A stretch of DNA of 63,806 nt, the filler included, from Conidiobolus incongruus B7586 (lineage: Eukaryota): NCBI GenBank assembly GCA_000697335.1. It is 8 parts of 8 records of this genome, joined end to end, with 100 filler letters (N's around TTAATTAATTAA, not from the genome) between each part and the next. Parts side by side here need not be neighbours in the genome. Positions count along the whole stretch, not along the records: positions 10,347 to 27,599 come from JNEM01006127.1; positions 27,700 to 29,344 come from JNEM01006130.1; 6 more parts are not named here. The stretch is one strand, 5' to 3'. The notes beneath the pieces were generated by a model. The model made no database searches and was not told where the DNA came from. It worked only from the letters and a program-made list of their open reading frames with translations. Positions 13,777 through 27,789 of this stretch are shown piece by piece (position 1 is the stretch's first letter; each line of letters opens with the position of its first letter). A program made the position numbers and the translations under genes.

Positions 13777-14730
13777 TTTTTATTATTTAATTCATTTTTT
13801 ATATTGGTTTTTGATGAATAAATTACCATCATTTCTTTACCTTTATAACTAACTATTGATAGCTTTTTTTATAGATGAATTGGAGCTTGGGATATTTATG
13901 AGCTTAAATTAATTTGTGTCATTAATTTATTTTGACTCTTTTTGTAATTATATATGAATTAGGATACGTTCACTAATATACATATTTAAGGATATCACAC
14001 GTATCTTAATTATAACAACTTAATAGGCTTTATATCTTCAATCTATAGTATATCATTGTAAATTGTTGATTTAATTTTTTTAATTCGATATAAATTTCGA
14101 AAACATTTATATTGATTAGCATTATTTAAATAACTAATCGAACCTATAATAGTAAAATTAAACTTTTATAATAGTATAAAAATTCGATTTTCTTGATCAT
14201 TTTATCATACTTTAATAAATAAATTTATTTATTTTAATCGTAAAGAGTAGAAGCAATATCCTCAGATTTTAATATTCAGAATATGTCTTATTTCTGAACC
14301 TGATTATTTTCTGCGATAAAAGCAGCCAAAATAAAATACCTAATAAGGGAATTTGAACCTTTTATGTACGGAAAAATGAATGAATTTGGTATATATGATT
14401 ATAAAAAATCAAGGTTGGGTAAATGGTATCGAGATCAGGATAACAATTTTATTATTTCAATTTTTTGATTAGAATATTTATCTAAACTAAAATCTCTAAA
14501 TATAAAAATAAAATTTATTCAAATATATTTTAAAATGATAAGATTTTTCCATATTAAGTGAATTATATTGAACTTAAGATCATATGAAAATTCCATAACT
14601 GAAACAATAAATTAATTTCACTTTATTACTTGAGCAAAACCAAGTCACCCATAAAAACCAAACTAATTTAATCGGCCTTATCAAAGTTGAATAGACAGTT
14701 TGTTCTTGTTTAAATTCTAATATAATAAAT

Positions 14731-15462
14731 ATGGCTAAATTTAATAATAAGCTAATCATTCATAGAAATTTAACTAATAGTGAGAATTTATCCAACTTGT
14801 CAGAAGATATTCGAAACGAGCTTGACAAATGTCCTTCTGTAATTACTTTACCTGTTTTGTGGGGTCAGCAAGTAAATTCAAAACACATCCATTGATATGA
14901 ACTAATATAATTTGATAGGATGCTAACCAACATTTGAACAATGTCAACTGGCTACGGTTTGCAGAGTCAGGTAATTTAAATATAGCTAAAATAATATCAA
15001 TTACTGAAAATCTTCAATAAGGGCGTACGGATTACCTAACACTATTGAGTCTATATATGGACCCCCAAGAATTCTTCCAACTCTTTGGCAATAATTCTGG
15101 AGGTTTGATAGTAAAAAAAGTATCTATGAATTATATCTTACCTGTCACTTATCCCGATTCGGTAATCCCTTAATCATGAGAAATACCTTAATTTCTAATT
15201 ATTTTTATAGTTGACAGTTGCTACCAAAGTGAAAAATTTAACCAAGGATTCATTCATCTTTTACACCAAGTTCTATTCACACGCAAGAGATAGGTTAGCT
15301 GGAGAGAGTGAAGTATTAATGGTAGGATACGACTACAAACTTGGAAAAAAGAGTGACATTCCTGAAAATGTGATGAATGCACTCGCCAAATTGGAAGATG
15401 ATCCGAAAACTGCTCAGGAATTGGCTTTACAATTACCAACTAGAATTTATTCAAATCTTTAA
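14731..15462 (+). CDS. Hotdog-fold acyl-CoA thioesterase (4HBT/YbgC-like), 4 exons
   Basis: PVLWGQQ|DANQHLNNVNWLRFAESG|RTDY...YILPVTYPDS|LTVATKV...VGYDYKLGKK; ends YSNL. Confidence 0.88.
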
Positions 15463-17206
15463 TTGCTTTAATATATTTGATTCAACCTTTTTAATTATAT
15501 ATATTTCGATAGATTAATTTTGGAATTTTCAGACAATCGATTATGAAATAGTAATTATGCATTATATAACTTTTTCAATTATTACTTTTCAACTTGGAAT
15601 TGATTTTATTTTACTTTTCGATGTATAATTACAATTTATATTCATTGTCAAAAATACTAATGTTTAGCTTATTTTTTTAATATAAAATTATACTAAATTA
15701 AATCCTTAATATGTATAATATAATCTTTGAATTGTTTATTAGTAATCAATTAAAACTAACAATGATAGAACAAGTTATAAATGTTTTATAATAATATTTT
15801 TGAAATACAAATCATTTTAATATTATAAGTATTATTGTATATGTTACAATATAATCGAAATGTTTAATCATAATTTTGAACAATAATTTATTTATTTCAA
15901 AATCACTCTATTTGTGTTATCAATCCTAAAATTTTTTAACTAACCTAATATAAAATTATTTGCCAATTTTTCTTCTGAAAATAGTATTTAAATAAAGAAT
16001 GGGAAATTTAAGTCGATATATGTGAATGTATCTAATAAGTGATCAAGTCACTTTTTCTTTATAATTTTATCCAAAATTTTATAATTAACCAAAAATAATA
16101 ATATTTAAAATACATTACCATAATTATATCATTATCAGAAAATCAATAGTTGAATTAAATAACTCAAGATTGTAATTTTTCGAAGAATAATTATAGAAAT
16201 TATATTGTTATTAAACTTCAGACTATTTTAGATTCTTGTACCAATATCCAATATTTTAATTTATAATAGTAAATTTATATTTAATAGCATTATTTTAATA
16301 ATTTTGTTAATACATATTTACTAAACTAATAACCTATTTTATATTAAAGTTTAGATTATTTTTTCTAAATTACTTAATTAACATTATACTTAAATATATC
16401 CTAAAAAATATTCGAGTGAAAGAGAATATTAAATAATATAAAAAATATAATTTGATAATTTTGGATTAAAATTTCAATATTATAATTTTTCTGAAGTATA
16501 TTTGTAACCATGATTATTAAATGATATTTTGATGATATAAATAACTATAATAATCTTAAAATTTATAATATAAGCCACTGGTTTTAATGAAGTTAGCTAT
16601 TAAAAGGTATTGAGATAATTAAAAATGATAAAGGTGATTGAATCACTAATAAGACTCGTTTTTATTTCAAAAATTATAGTAATACATAACATAGTATCAT
16701 TTTATTGAAATAATTAAATTTAAACAATGATTTCCGAAAGGTTATTCATAAATAATTTACAATATCAAGTGGCCTATTCTAAGGGTGTTATATCAAAAAT
16801 GTTCTAATTAATATATAAATGAACAGATATATTTTTTGAATTAATTTATATAATTATACTTTAAATTAATCATATGAGAAGCTAAAAATATTAATTAAAA
16901 TAAATCAATAATAAACTATTCAAATATAATATTACATATTTTAAGGATATAAATCTATCATAAATAAAGATGAATATGTCTACCTAATATCAATATTTGT
17001 TGATAGTGAGTCTATCTAATAATATACAAATTCATTGCAATTGAGTAATACATCATGCAATTATAATCTTTCAAATATTTTTAATACATAATTGGAATGC
17101 ACTATTGGTAATTTGTGAACTATATTTTTGAATCAAAGCTTGGTAAAATGAATTTATTATATTTCTATAATCTAATAATAACTGTATCAAATATTTTAAA
17201 AACGCC

Positions 17207-17940
17207 AAAGATTTGAATATATACTTATTAGTAATTGTAAGGCTAATTCCTGAGTAGTTTTAGCATCTCTTTCCAACTTCGTCAGTACATTTACAATATT
17301 ATCTATAATATTACTATTTTTACTAAGCTTAAAATTGTATCAAATCACTAACGTTTCACACTCCCCAGCTAGTTTATCTTTGGAATGAGAATAAAATTTG
17401 GAATGAAAGGTTAACGAATCCTTGGTTAAATTTTTCACTTTGGTAGCAACTGTTAGCTATATAATAATTGATTAATGGCAATAAAGGGATTAATCTTGTG
17501 ATGAATGGATATACCGAATCGGGATAGGTAACTGGTAAGATATAACTCATGGATACTTTTTTCACTTTTAAACTACCTGAATGATACTGAATGCTTGAAA
17601 CTCTTAGGGTTTCAAATATAATTCAAATAGCATCATATAGTTGGAACGTCCTATATTTTAAATATTAGTAATCAATATAATTGAGAATGTAATTATTATA
17701 CCAAATTTGCAAATCGTAGCCAGTTGACATTGTTCAAATGTTGGTTAGCATCCTATCAAATTATATTAGTTCATATCAATGGATGTGTTTTGAATTTACT
17801 TGCTGACCCCACAAAACAGGTAAAGTAATTACAGAAGGACATTTGTCAAGCTCGTTTCGAATATCTTCTGACAAGTTGGATAAATTCTCACTATTAGTTA
17901 AATTTCTATGAATGATTAGCTTATTATTAAATTTAGCCAT
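17207..17940 (-). pseudogene. Thioesterase pseudogene, inverted paralogue of 14731-15462
   Basis: Same exon layout. In-frame TAA at 17604-17606 (CAA in the paralogue), a frameshift in exon 3, and TGA at 17340-17342 (GGA in the paralogue). Confidence 0.85.
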
Positions 17941-18691
17941 ATTTATTATATTAGAATTTAAACAAGAACAAACTGTCTATTCAACTTTGATAAGGCCGAT
18001 TAAATTAGTTTGATTTTCATGGGTGACTTGGTTTTTATTGAATAAAATAAATTTATTATCAAACAAATTTAATTTAATTTAATTACTGTTTCGAAATCAA
18101 ACATTTAAAAATTCAATCAATGACACAATAATATTCATTATTACTTTTCATTGTTTTTAGAGTAATAGCTATATTAATAGTCGAACAGGTTTATCTTTTT
18201 TGTTTATCACAATACGAGATATCGAGTTGGGCATTATGTTACTTTATGTCTTCAATCTTGAATACTATCATGATTAATACAGATATCAATATTGGGTTTT
18301 TTTTAATTCGTAGCAAATACTTCAAATTATTAAAAAATTAAAATAATATTATATTTATATGATTTTTATTAACCAAAATTTTTATTCCAAAATATATATG
18401 ATTTTACATTATTTTATTACTACTGAAATTTGATCACAGGGTAATTACAAGTATTTTACAGACAATTGATTATTTAACAAAATCCAAAATTCGATATATT
18501 TTATTGTGAATATGTGGTATTAATATATGCATGATTTTTATAGCTGTATATATTTCTAATAGGGTTCAAACTTATTAAAAAACGTAACTCTACAAATAAC
18601 ATTTGGAATTAAATAATAAATCTTTGAATAAAAGATATAATATTATATAGATTATATTTATTTTATAAATCTAGAGCAATCAATACAGTAT

Positions 18692-19025
18692 TGTGGTTAC
18701 ATAAATGTTAACCCGCCCGACCAACTTCATCTCGCGATCTATTACCTTATGGAGTCTTAACCCCAAAAGACCTATCATACCACTTCAAAGTCTCATTCTT
18801 CTAGCAACCCAATACACTTCTTTACACTACCTACAGCAGACAATTGGTCTATAAAAGAACCACTGTCGGGACACATTACCATCATCACCTCCGGTCTTCT
18901 GTGAAGCCCATTAAACCCTTAACAAACCTCAATAAAACACTCTAACCTAAACTGCCAAACAGGTTAATAAACAAGCAGCTTCCTTATCTATTATTAATGT
19001 TCTACTAGCAATCGGTAGAACCACA
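18692..19025 (+). mobile_element. Solo LTR (334 bp) with 4-bp TSD GTAT, probably Ty3/gypsy-type
   Basis: 7-bp inverted termini TGTGGTT...AACCACA. GTAT at 18688-18691 and 19026-19029. TATAAAA at 18850, AATAAA at 18931. C-rich against an AT background. Confidence 0.85.
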
Positions 19026-20006
19026 GTATTTATCCTTTTGAACTGTTTTTTGGTATATATATAATTTTTCAAGAACTATATAACAAATAGATAATGTTTT
19101 TAATGTTAAAAATTTAGTAAAAATGTCAATAAAATTGAATTTATTTTTGATAAAAATGATATAAGTTCAAATTCATAATATATAATCCCTGATATATTAT
19201 ATTATTATGTTCATAGAATTTTATCAAACTTCATTACTTTATATTTTAAGATAGGATATGTTTTTAAAGTTAAATCAAAATATAATTTTTAACACATAAT
19301 GTAAAAATATATATATATATATATATTCTCTATCATTAATATCTATTAAATATATTTTTTTCAAACTTTTATTATTCAAATACCAATATTTTTTTTAAAA
19401 AAACAAATAGTAACTGCCTAAATAAGATATAAAATCTGAATGAGCTTGATAACAGACATGATGACAAAGTTATAATTTTTATACATTAATAGTAATGATG
19501 AAATATGATATATGCGTATATATATATATATTACATGTATAAAATTTATTTTTTTAAAGAGTTAATATAATTATTCTTATTTGAGTGATAACAAGTTAAT
19601 TTAGGAAATTCCAAGTTTGATAATAATAAAAAATTGACCTCCCGAAAATTTAAGATCTTTAATCATGGAAAATTAGAAATATCCACTTTCAAAATGGGCT
19701 GACAATAACTAATCAGAGTTGCTGTGAACCACTAGAAGAACCAATTGTATGGATTTTTGAATTGCTTTTTTGAATGTTAAAGACACAAATTTAAGCGTGA
19801 GGTTCATATGATTATTATTGACAATAAGTAAAATTCATTTCAATATATTCTTTTAGATTTTTTATATATCAATAATAAAGGTTATATTATAAAATATTAT
19901 AAGATATAGATAAATATTAACTCAATTGTAAGTTGAATAGAATATTATGAATAAATTTGAAATTTAATAATATTTCGATGTGTTTTAATTTACTAATTAA
20001 TTATAA

Positions 20007-20787
20007 TTAAAGGTTGGCATAAAGTCTACAGGGTAATTTTTTAGCCTTTTCTTGAGCTTTGACAGGTTCTCTCTCTAATTTCAAAATCGCATTGACTAGA
20101 TACTCTTCAAAGTTGGATTTAGTCAATTTGTTATAGTCATAACCCACGCAAACTACCATACATTCTCCAGCGAGTTTATCGTGAGCGTGCGAATAGCATT
20201 TAGTATAGAAAGCGAATCGATCCTTCTCTAAGTGCTTTACTTGGGTCGCAATAGTTAACTATTAAATCATTCAATTAATAATGAAATGATAATGGTTATA
20301 AGTATATATTAATTACCGCATCGGGATAAGTGACAGGTAAACGGTATTTCATCTCTTGAGATTTTACAATGAATCCAATTCCTTTGCCTTTTAATAAATT
20401 ATCAGTTTGTTCTTTGCTCATATGTAAGCCTAACATTGACATATAGTCAATACGACCTAAATCAAACCAATTTTATTAGTACATTAATATCTAAATATTA
20501 AAAATAAGTATACCTGATTCGACGAAACGTAACCAATGAACATTATTTAAATGTTGAAAAGGGTCCTAACAAAAATTAATCAAATAAATAAATACCTAGT
20601 TATTCAATAAAACTACCTGTAAACCCCATTGAACGGGCATAGTAATCACAGAGGGATACTGCTCCAACTCAGTTAAAATTCTTTGATTTAGAGGTTTCAA
20701 ATTGCTATTGGAATAAGCTCTAGCCATAAATTGAGTGGATTTAATATTGGAAATAACAGGTGATTTTGACAACAATTTGGCACTCAT
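20007..20787 (-). CDS. Hotdog-fold acyl-CoA thioesterase, third paralogue (4 exons)
   Basis: PVQWGLQ|DPFQHLNNVHWLRFVESG|RIDY...YRLPVTYPDA|LTIATQV...VGYDY. Same intron positions as the other copies; ends LYANL. Confidence 0.9.
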
Positions 20788-23583
20788 TTTACTATTTAAT
20801 ATATTTTGAAATTAAGAAAAGTTATATGTGTGACCATTAAATATTAAGATCCATTTAATTGAATAAATGAGAATTAGTGGTTATGGGATCACATGAATTA
20901 TGGATAATTATTTTAAACGTAATACATATTATTTAATAATATTTGAAAGAGAAACAATAAAATTAATCAAATTTTTAATCAATTTTATCAACTATTCTAT
21001 ATACTTTATGCAAACCTTATATATGAGATGAAAAATTATTAAAAGAGGCGAAAGAGTGAAGATGGTATGTATCACCATTAACTTGTATTTTGAGTATTAT
21101 AATTCTGTCGTCCTCTTGGCTATATACACTCCCTTGGCCATCTACATATTCAAAGTGCACAATAGAACATATTTATAAAGTTGAATTGTTGAGATTATAT
21201 TAAAATAGTGGATTTTAACTTAAATATTTGATATCATCTTCAATTACAACATATAAATTTTCTGATTCTGTCTCAAATACCTTGTAAAACGTATATTCAA
21301 TTATATATACTAAAACAAGTCAATTTAAATAATTATAATTCTAACTCCTCTTGTCAACAAAGATTTTTTTCGCATAATTCAAGTTGAAATAATTTGACTA
21401 AAATTTTTCAATTATCAAATTTGTTTGTTAAATTAGAAAAAAATATATATATAATTATTTGTATTATATTTCAAGATCTTATAGATTATAGGTTTTTATT
21501 ATCCAATTAAAATATTTAGGTTAACATAATTATGAGGGAGGAACTTTTGTATTCAGATTCAATTAGAATATTATTCAATATAGATTACAACCAAGTAAAT
21601 ATAATTATTTACAGATAGAGGATGAAATTTTGATTGAACAAGTATTTTAAATTGAAACTATATCTCTCTCAATCACTTAGGTAAAATTTTTCAAACATGA
21701 AATTATACAGTACTACTTGTTTGATGCGTAATTGATAAAAAATCTTTAAAATTATAATTTAATCAATAAATACTTTCGCCCAAATTAAAATTATTTAAAA
21801 TTAAAGATTAAAGTGCTTTTAATAATTGATTTAATTTAATATTATATCATAAAAGTAATAAAGCAACCAAATTACCTTTTGGTACTTGCCTAAAATAAAC
21901 AGATTCAAATAACATAAGCCTCTTTTAACAAAATATTATGAATAATTGTATTTATAGCTTTGTTTATATAATTTATACCTAAGAATTATATATGGTAAAT
22001 AATATTTTAAAGGAGTATATTCTAATAAGGCTTTATAAAAATAAATTATATAAATGAAAATTATTAGGAATCTTTAAATAATTGGATAAAAATATTACTT
22101 AAGACTTTAGATATTAAGATATTTTTAAACTCAAATTTGAGTGTAAAATCAATTTATGATATACAAAAAATATTAATAAAATAATTTAGTATTTTGTTGG
22201 ATCATTAATAATATTTGCTATATTTCTACTTTATTTTTCATTTTTTAAAAATAATTCTTTTCATTAAAAATCTAAATTTTTTTTTCATAATTAAATTAAA
22301 TATGCTCATATAAGTTTTGTTTTATTACAAGAATATATTTTAATTGTTTAAAGCAACTAAAATCAAATGCGTAAAAATATAATAGTTTTATTGAATGTTA
22401 TAGTTTTTATACATTTTTAAGATTTATTTAGAAAACGTTTTATGGCTATATTTATTTATTTATTACGTTTAATGAGAAATATCTTTAATATTTCATAAAA
22501 TTATTAAGAGTTTTTTATTCTCAACTAATACAAAACTTGTTATTAATTGATTGGACTTTAAAAATAAACTTGATAGATTATGCAATATTATATTCTATTA
22601 CAATAATCAATATTTATTTAATAATAAAATACTTATTTACTAAAGTTTATACAGCATATTATTTTAGTCGAACTGAATATTTTATATTTTTAATATAAAA
22701 TTATTTAATATAAGAGTTTAGATTTTTATTCATATTTCTATATATTTTATTTTGCTATAGTGAATTTAGTGTTTTTTCTATATCTTTATCAAATTATAAA
22801 ATAGACTTTTTTTTATTTTATATATCAAGCAAAATTTAAAATTTAAAATATATAATATTTTGATAATATTAATTTAAAACCAAAAAGTTCTTTTTAATAT
22901 ATATAAATATTTCTTTGTTAATGATTGAAAAAATAAAAATAAAAATTAATAACTTAAATTATATCAATTATTAAATAATTTCCTTTCAAGCTTAAAATAA
23001 TAAATTTAGTGTTAAGTGGTAATTTTGGATAAAAACATTATGTTTATATGATGTTTATAAATTTTAAATGATTTTTCAAGGTTTATAATAGTTTTAATAA
23101 TTTTAGTTTGAAAAACTTTTGATGATTATTATCTATTTTAAATATAATTATATTTAACAATAAATTTTTAAATACAATTTTTTTAATGAAAAACACAACT
23201 ATAAATATTAAGATATATATATTCTATATATATATTATTTAAAACTATAAATTCTATGATTTATTTTATATGGAATATATTTGAAAAATTGTCAATTAAA
23301 AAAATTTCCTATTTCTTTTGATTTTGAATAATGAAATTATTTAACGAATATTGCCAATAAAATTTAAGTATATGGTAATAAAATCATGATGTGTAAAAAA
23401 AACTTCTAAATAATTATATATAAATAAAAACACAATTTTGATGTATATGACTGATCAAATTTAATTAAAACAATCGCATCAAAGAATCAAAGAATTTTTT
23501 TTTAAAATGATTATTTGATTAAATTAAATGGATATTTCAAAATTCAAAAGCTAAAAAATAAAATACAAAATGGATGATGATAA

Positions 23584-25711
23584 TTAATTGATATGGAGAT
23601 CGGTATCAGGTCGACAAACATATTCAATATCCACAATTTCTTTGGGGGCTTCAGCGGATAATACGATGGGTTCATCTAAATCAGTAACGAGAATATCGTC
23701 TTCGATACGAATGCCAATACCTTGGTACTCTTTGGGAAATTGGTCGTCGTAAGGGATATAAATACCGGGCTCAATGGTTACGACCATGCCTGGGACGAGT
23801 TTTCTGGTTCTTGAAACGCTTGGGGTATCGTGAATACCCAATCCAAGGTAGTGAGAAATATGATGCGGATACAATTGATTCTGTAGAGTCTATTAAAATA
23901 AAATGTCAATAAATTTAATAAATAAGGCATTTAGACAGGATAATACCTTGTAACTACAGTTAATACCAATTTTATGTAATTCTTCAAGCATTAAATCCAA
24001 AGATCTAAGCAAAATTTCATTTAAAGAAACTTCCTCTTTAATGGTGCACATCTTCTCAAAGTTAATAAGAGCAGGTAATAATTTTATGTATGCGATATAT
24101 ACCTTAATACATTCCTTTTGTACATTTAAAACTGCTTGGTAAAGTTTTCTTTGAGGTTCTGTGAATTTACCATTAATAGGCCAAGTTCTGGTAACGTCAC
24201 TGGCATAGCCGTGGTAAAACTTTAGAAAATGATTAGTATGATTATATAAAAATCGAAATAAATAGAATTACGGCTCCAGCATCCATCATGATAAGATCAC
24301 CGTCATTCAACACACCATCATTAGCAACATAATGAAGGGACAAAGCGTGATTTCCTCCAGCAACAACGGGTACGAATGCATTCCCTTGCGAACCCTGTAA
24401 TCTAATATTGTATTCGAAATAATTAGCTACATCGTGTTCAGTCAATCTATAGGAGATAGGTTCAGTTGGTTTAAGTCTCATTCTATCAGCAGTGAATCTC
24501 ATAGTCTAAAACCACAAACAATTAGGTTATGAGTAGCAATTATAAACACTAAGTGATTATTACTTGAACAAAGGATCTACCAGCAATTCTGCCAGCAGTT
24601 CTAATTAAATCAGTTTCATACTTAGATTTAATTACTCTCAAATCATCTAATATAGGTTTCAATTTTTTAACTTTAGACTGCCATTTTTCTATCAAAATAA
24701 ATATAATATTATTAATTTTCATATAAAATAATCGATATTGAGCTTTACCATTATAAATCATATTATGAAGACTGTGTTCTTTAGAATGCATAATCACATC
24801 ATTAGGCAAATCTAAGAAAACGGTGTCATATTGACTGAAAATATTTTTGATAGTTGATATAAATTCTTTGATATTTACAGCCTATAATGAAATGTTAAAA
24901 ATATATTATAACGAAGAATTGACTGTTATAATTACTTCATCTGCCTCAAATACACTCACAGCATTTTCTAAGCCACATTTAGCACCTTCCCAAAGTTCAA
25001 CTTTAGGGTCCTTGGGTGAAACTAATAGAGTCATTTTATATCCTTTATGATTTGATGAGTCAGTTTCTAAAATCATAGCACCATCAGGTTGATTAAATCC
25101 TAAATAATATCAAATCAATATATTATTCATAAGTTATCACTTAATAAAATTTGCCTGATAAATATAAAAGGTTAGGATTTTGATGAAATTGGTGACTATG
25201 TAACTTATGTTAATAATTAATAAATAGAATTAATTGAATAAAATATTACAAAATATTATGATCTTTAAATTGTAATGAATTGCCAACGCATACAACTGCT
25301 GAACCTTTGGGTAATAAACTAATTAATTTTTGTCTTCGAAGTTGATATTCAATTTTAGGAATTCCAACAGTGACTATAAAATATTCAAATATTAATATAT
25401 ATATCTTGTTGAAACATAACATAATATTAAAAATATATACTTTCATTAGGTTGAATTAAATGAGAATGAGTCAAATAATGAGGTTGACCAATATTTGCAT
25501 CTAAACCAACTTTAAAATCTTTAGAAGTATCCAAAACGACATCAGGAGTAGCTGGTGTAGTTGAATAAAAAAATTTAGGTCTGGCTTCAAGTGGAACAGT
25601 TCTTATAGCTAAAGCAATTAATAATTAGTGTATGTAATTATTTATTAACTTACTATTTCTATTATTATTATTAACCAATTTTCTTAAATTTAAAACCCTT
25701 CTAATCGACAT
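23584..25711 (-). CDS. ICP55: Mitochondrial Xaa-Pro aminopeptidase (M24B, intermediate cleaving peptidase 55 type), multi-exon
   Basis: Presequence [96 protein letters not shown]. Confidence 0.88.
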
Positions 25712-27599
25712 AATTATACCAAAGGATGAATACTATACGATAAAATATCTAATCAAATAATAATAAAATTTATTAAAAAGAAGATTATTATAAAATTGAG
25801 AGTTTTGATTTGATTTTTTATTTTCGTCACTGGATCCTTAAAATTAACTACAGTCCATTAAGGAGAAAATATATGGGATTAAAAAAAGGGTTAGGAATAT
25901 AATTTGTGTCCATTGCATCTATAATTGGTAATAAATTTCAAGTGATTTCATATAAATATTGGGTCTATAGTGTGATATTTTGTTTGAATTTATGTTCTCA
26001 ATTCTCATGTTAATAATTATTCCAAATTCTTGAAAGCAATAACGAGAAAATCATTATAAAATGATGATGTTGATTATTTGTATTATTTCATTAGCAATTC
26101 AGCAGAATTGATACAAAACCAACTTTAAAAAGAAGTTAAAATTTCTGAAATTAATTTTAATTCAATACTTAATAAAATTTATTATCTGTTTGTTAAAATA
26201 TAATTTTTTACAATGGTACCACCAAAACCTAATAATAATCTTCTAGTAAATATTATGCTATTCCATGTTGATCAAGTATATGATGAAGTTACTGTTACTC
26301 TCAGATGTTTTCAAAAATGATTTGTATATTTTTGAAATGATGATTATTATACTAAAGATAAACCACACATAATTAGAAAAATACAAGTATCTAATAAAGA
26401 AATATTAGATACTGTAGACATACAAACTATCCTAAAGAAGAATTTTCAAGTCAATTAAATATAAGTTTTGTTCAATTATCAAAATAGTTCACAAATAATA
26501 AAGTTTATAAAGTATTAAACTAGGTACTTTATAAATTAATAATATTTGACAAATTAGATAAGCTAGTATATGTTTCTAATTTATAAAATTAACAAAAGAA
26601 ACTTAGATTATTTAAAAAATATGATCATAATAATTAATGAAACCTGGATTATATTTGATGTTATAACTTGAGAATGCTACTAGGTGATGAAAGGAATAAA
26701 GGCTAAAAGTTAAACAAAACCAAATATCCAAAGAATAAAATAATACTTATTATATAGCTGGTTTAAAAAAATATTAAATTTCATTAGTTAGGAAAAAAAT
26801 GGCAAATTTTTTTATTTTTAGTGTTTCAAATTGTTATTTTTATAAAATAAGTTATATTTAAAATATATAGGAGATTTAATCTTTTAAACTATATATATAT
26901 ACATTCATAATTATTCGTTAATAAAAGTATTTTCACTAAGCATTTTAATGTTGTATTTAATTATATAAAAACTTGATGATGATTATTAAAAGTCTTAATT
27001 TAGTAATATTAAAGCATAATCACAAACCCTCTAAAATTAACTAAAGTTTGTAATTAATTTATAAAGCTGATGATTTATTTAAAATTAACATTTATTGCTA
27101 AACTAGTCATTTTAAAAATATAAGTGATATTATCCAAAATTTATAAAGTTCAAAAAATTAAATTCTATAGTTACTTTTCTAATTAATAGCTAAATAATAA
27201 ATGCAAAATCTTTTTTATATCATTTAAAGAGTTATTAATTTAATATTAATTATATAAGTATATTATATATTAAAGCTCAAATTTGGTTCAATAAAAGTAT
27301 AGAATGATTATTATATAATTTATCAATAGTTTAGAAAAAGAATAAAATAACCATATATAAATAAAACTTTTAAAGATATAATTAGAAAAGAAACTTATAT
27401 TAATTAATTATAATTAATAAATATTAAATTATTTACATATTCCTTTATTTAATAATAAAATCAAATATTATATTAAGTTAAAATAATTTTTTACAGATTT
27501 CAATAATCAAATATTCTATTCATAATCAAATATTTCTTATTATAATATATTATAATAATATTTTATATTTTATATTTTATATTTTATATAATAATTTAA

Positions 27600-27699
27600 N
27601 NNNNNNNNNNNNNNNNNNNNNNNNNNNNNNNNNNNNNNNNNNNTTAATTAATTAANNNNNNNNNNNNNNNNNNNNNNNNNNNNNNNNNNNNNNNNNNNN
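27600..27699. other. Assembly linker
   Basis: 44N-TTAATTAATTAA-44N. Confidence 0.98.
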
Positions 27700-27789
27700 A
27701 TATTATAAATTTAATAAACTTTTAAATAATTGATTATATATTTAAAGTATATTTTATTATTATCAGTATTATTTTTATATTTATTTATA

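Larger units (their letters stand above)
14659..18012. repeat. 298-bp perfect inverted repeat (14659-14956 / 17715-18012), spacer ~2.76 kb
   Basis: Base-by-base comparison shows identity over the proximal upstream region, exon 1, intron 1 and most of exon 2 of two thioesterase paralogues. Confidence 0.92.

Noticed and set aside
2666..25711. Apparent clustering of mitochondrial genes (LEA-like, PPR, thioesterase, ICP55)
   Set aside because: Unrelated functions, split by an assembly linker, and compatible with chance.
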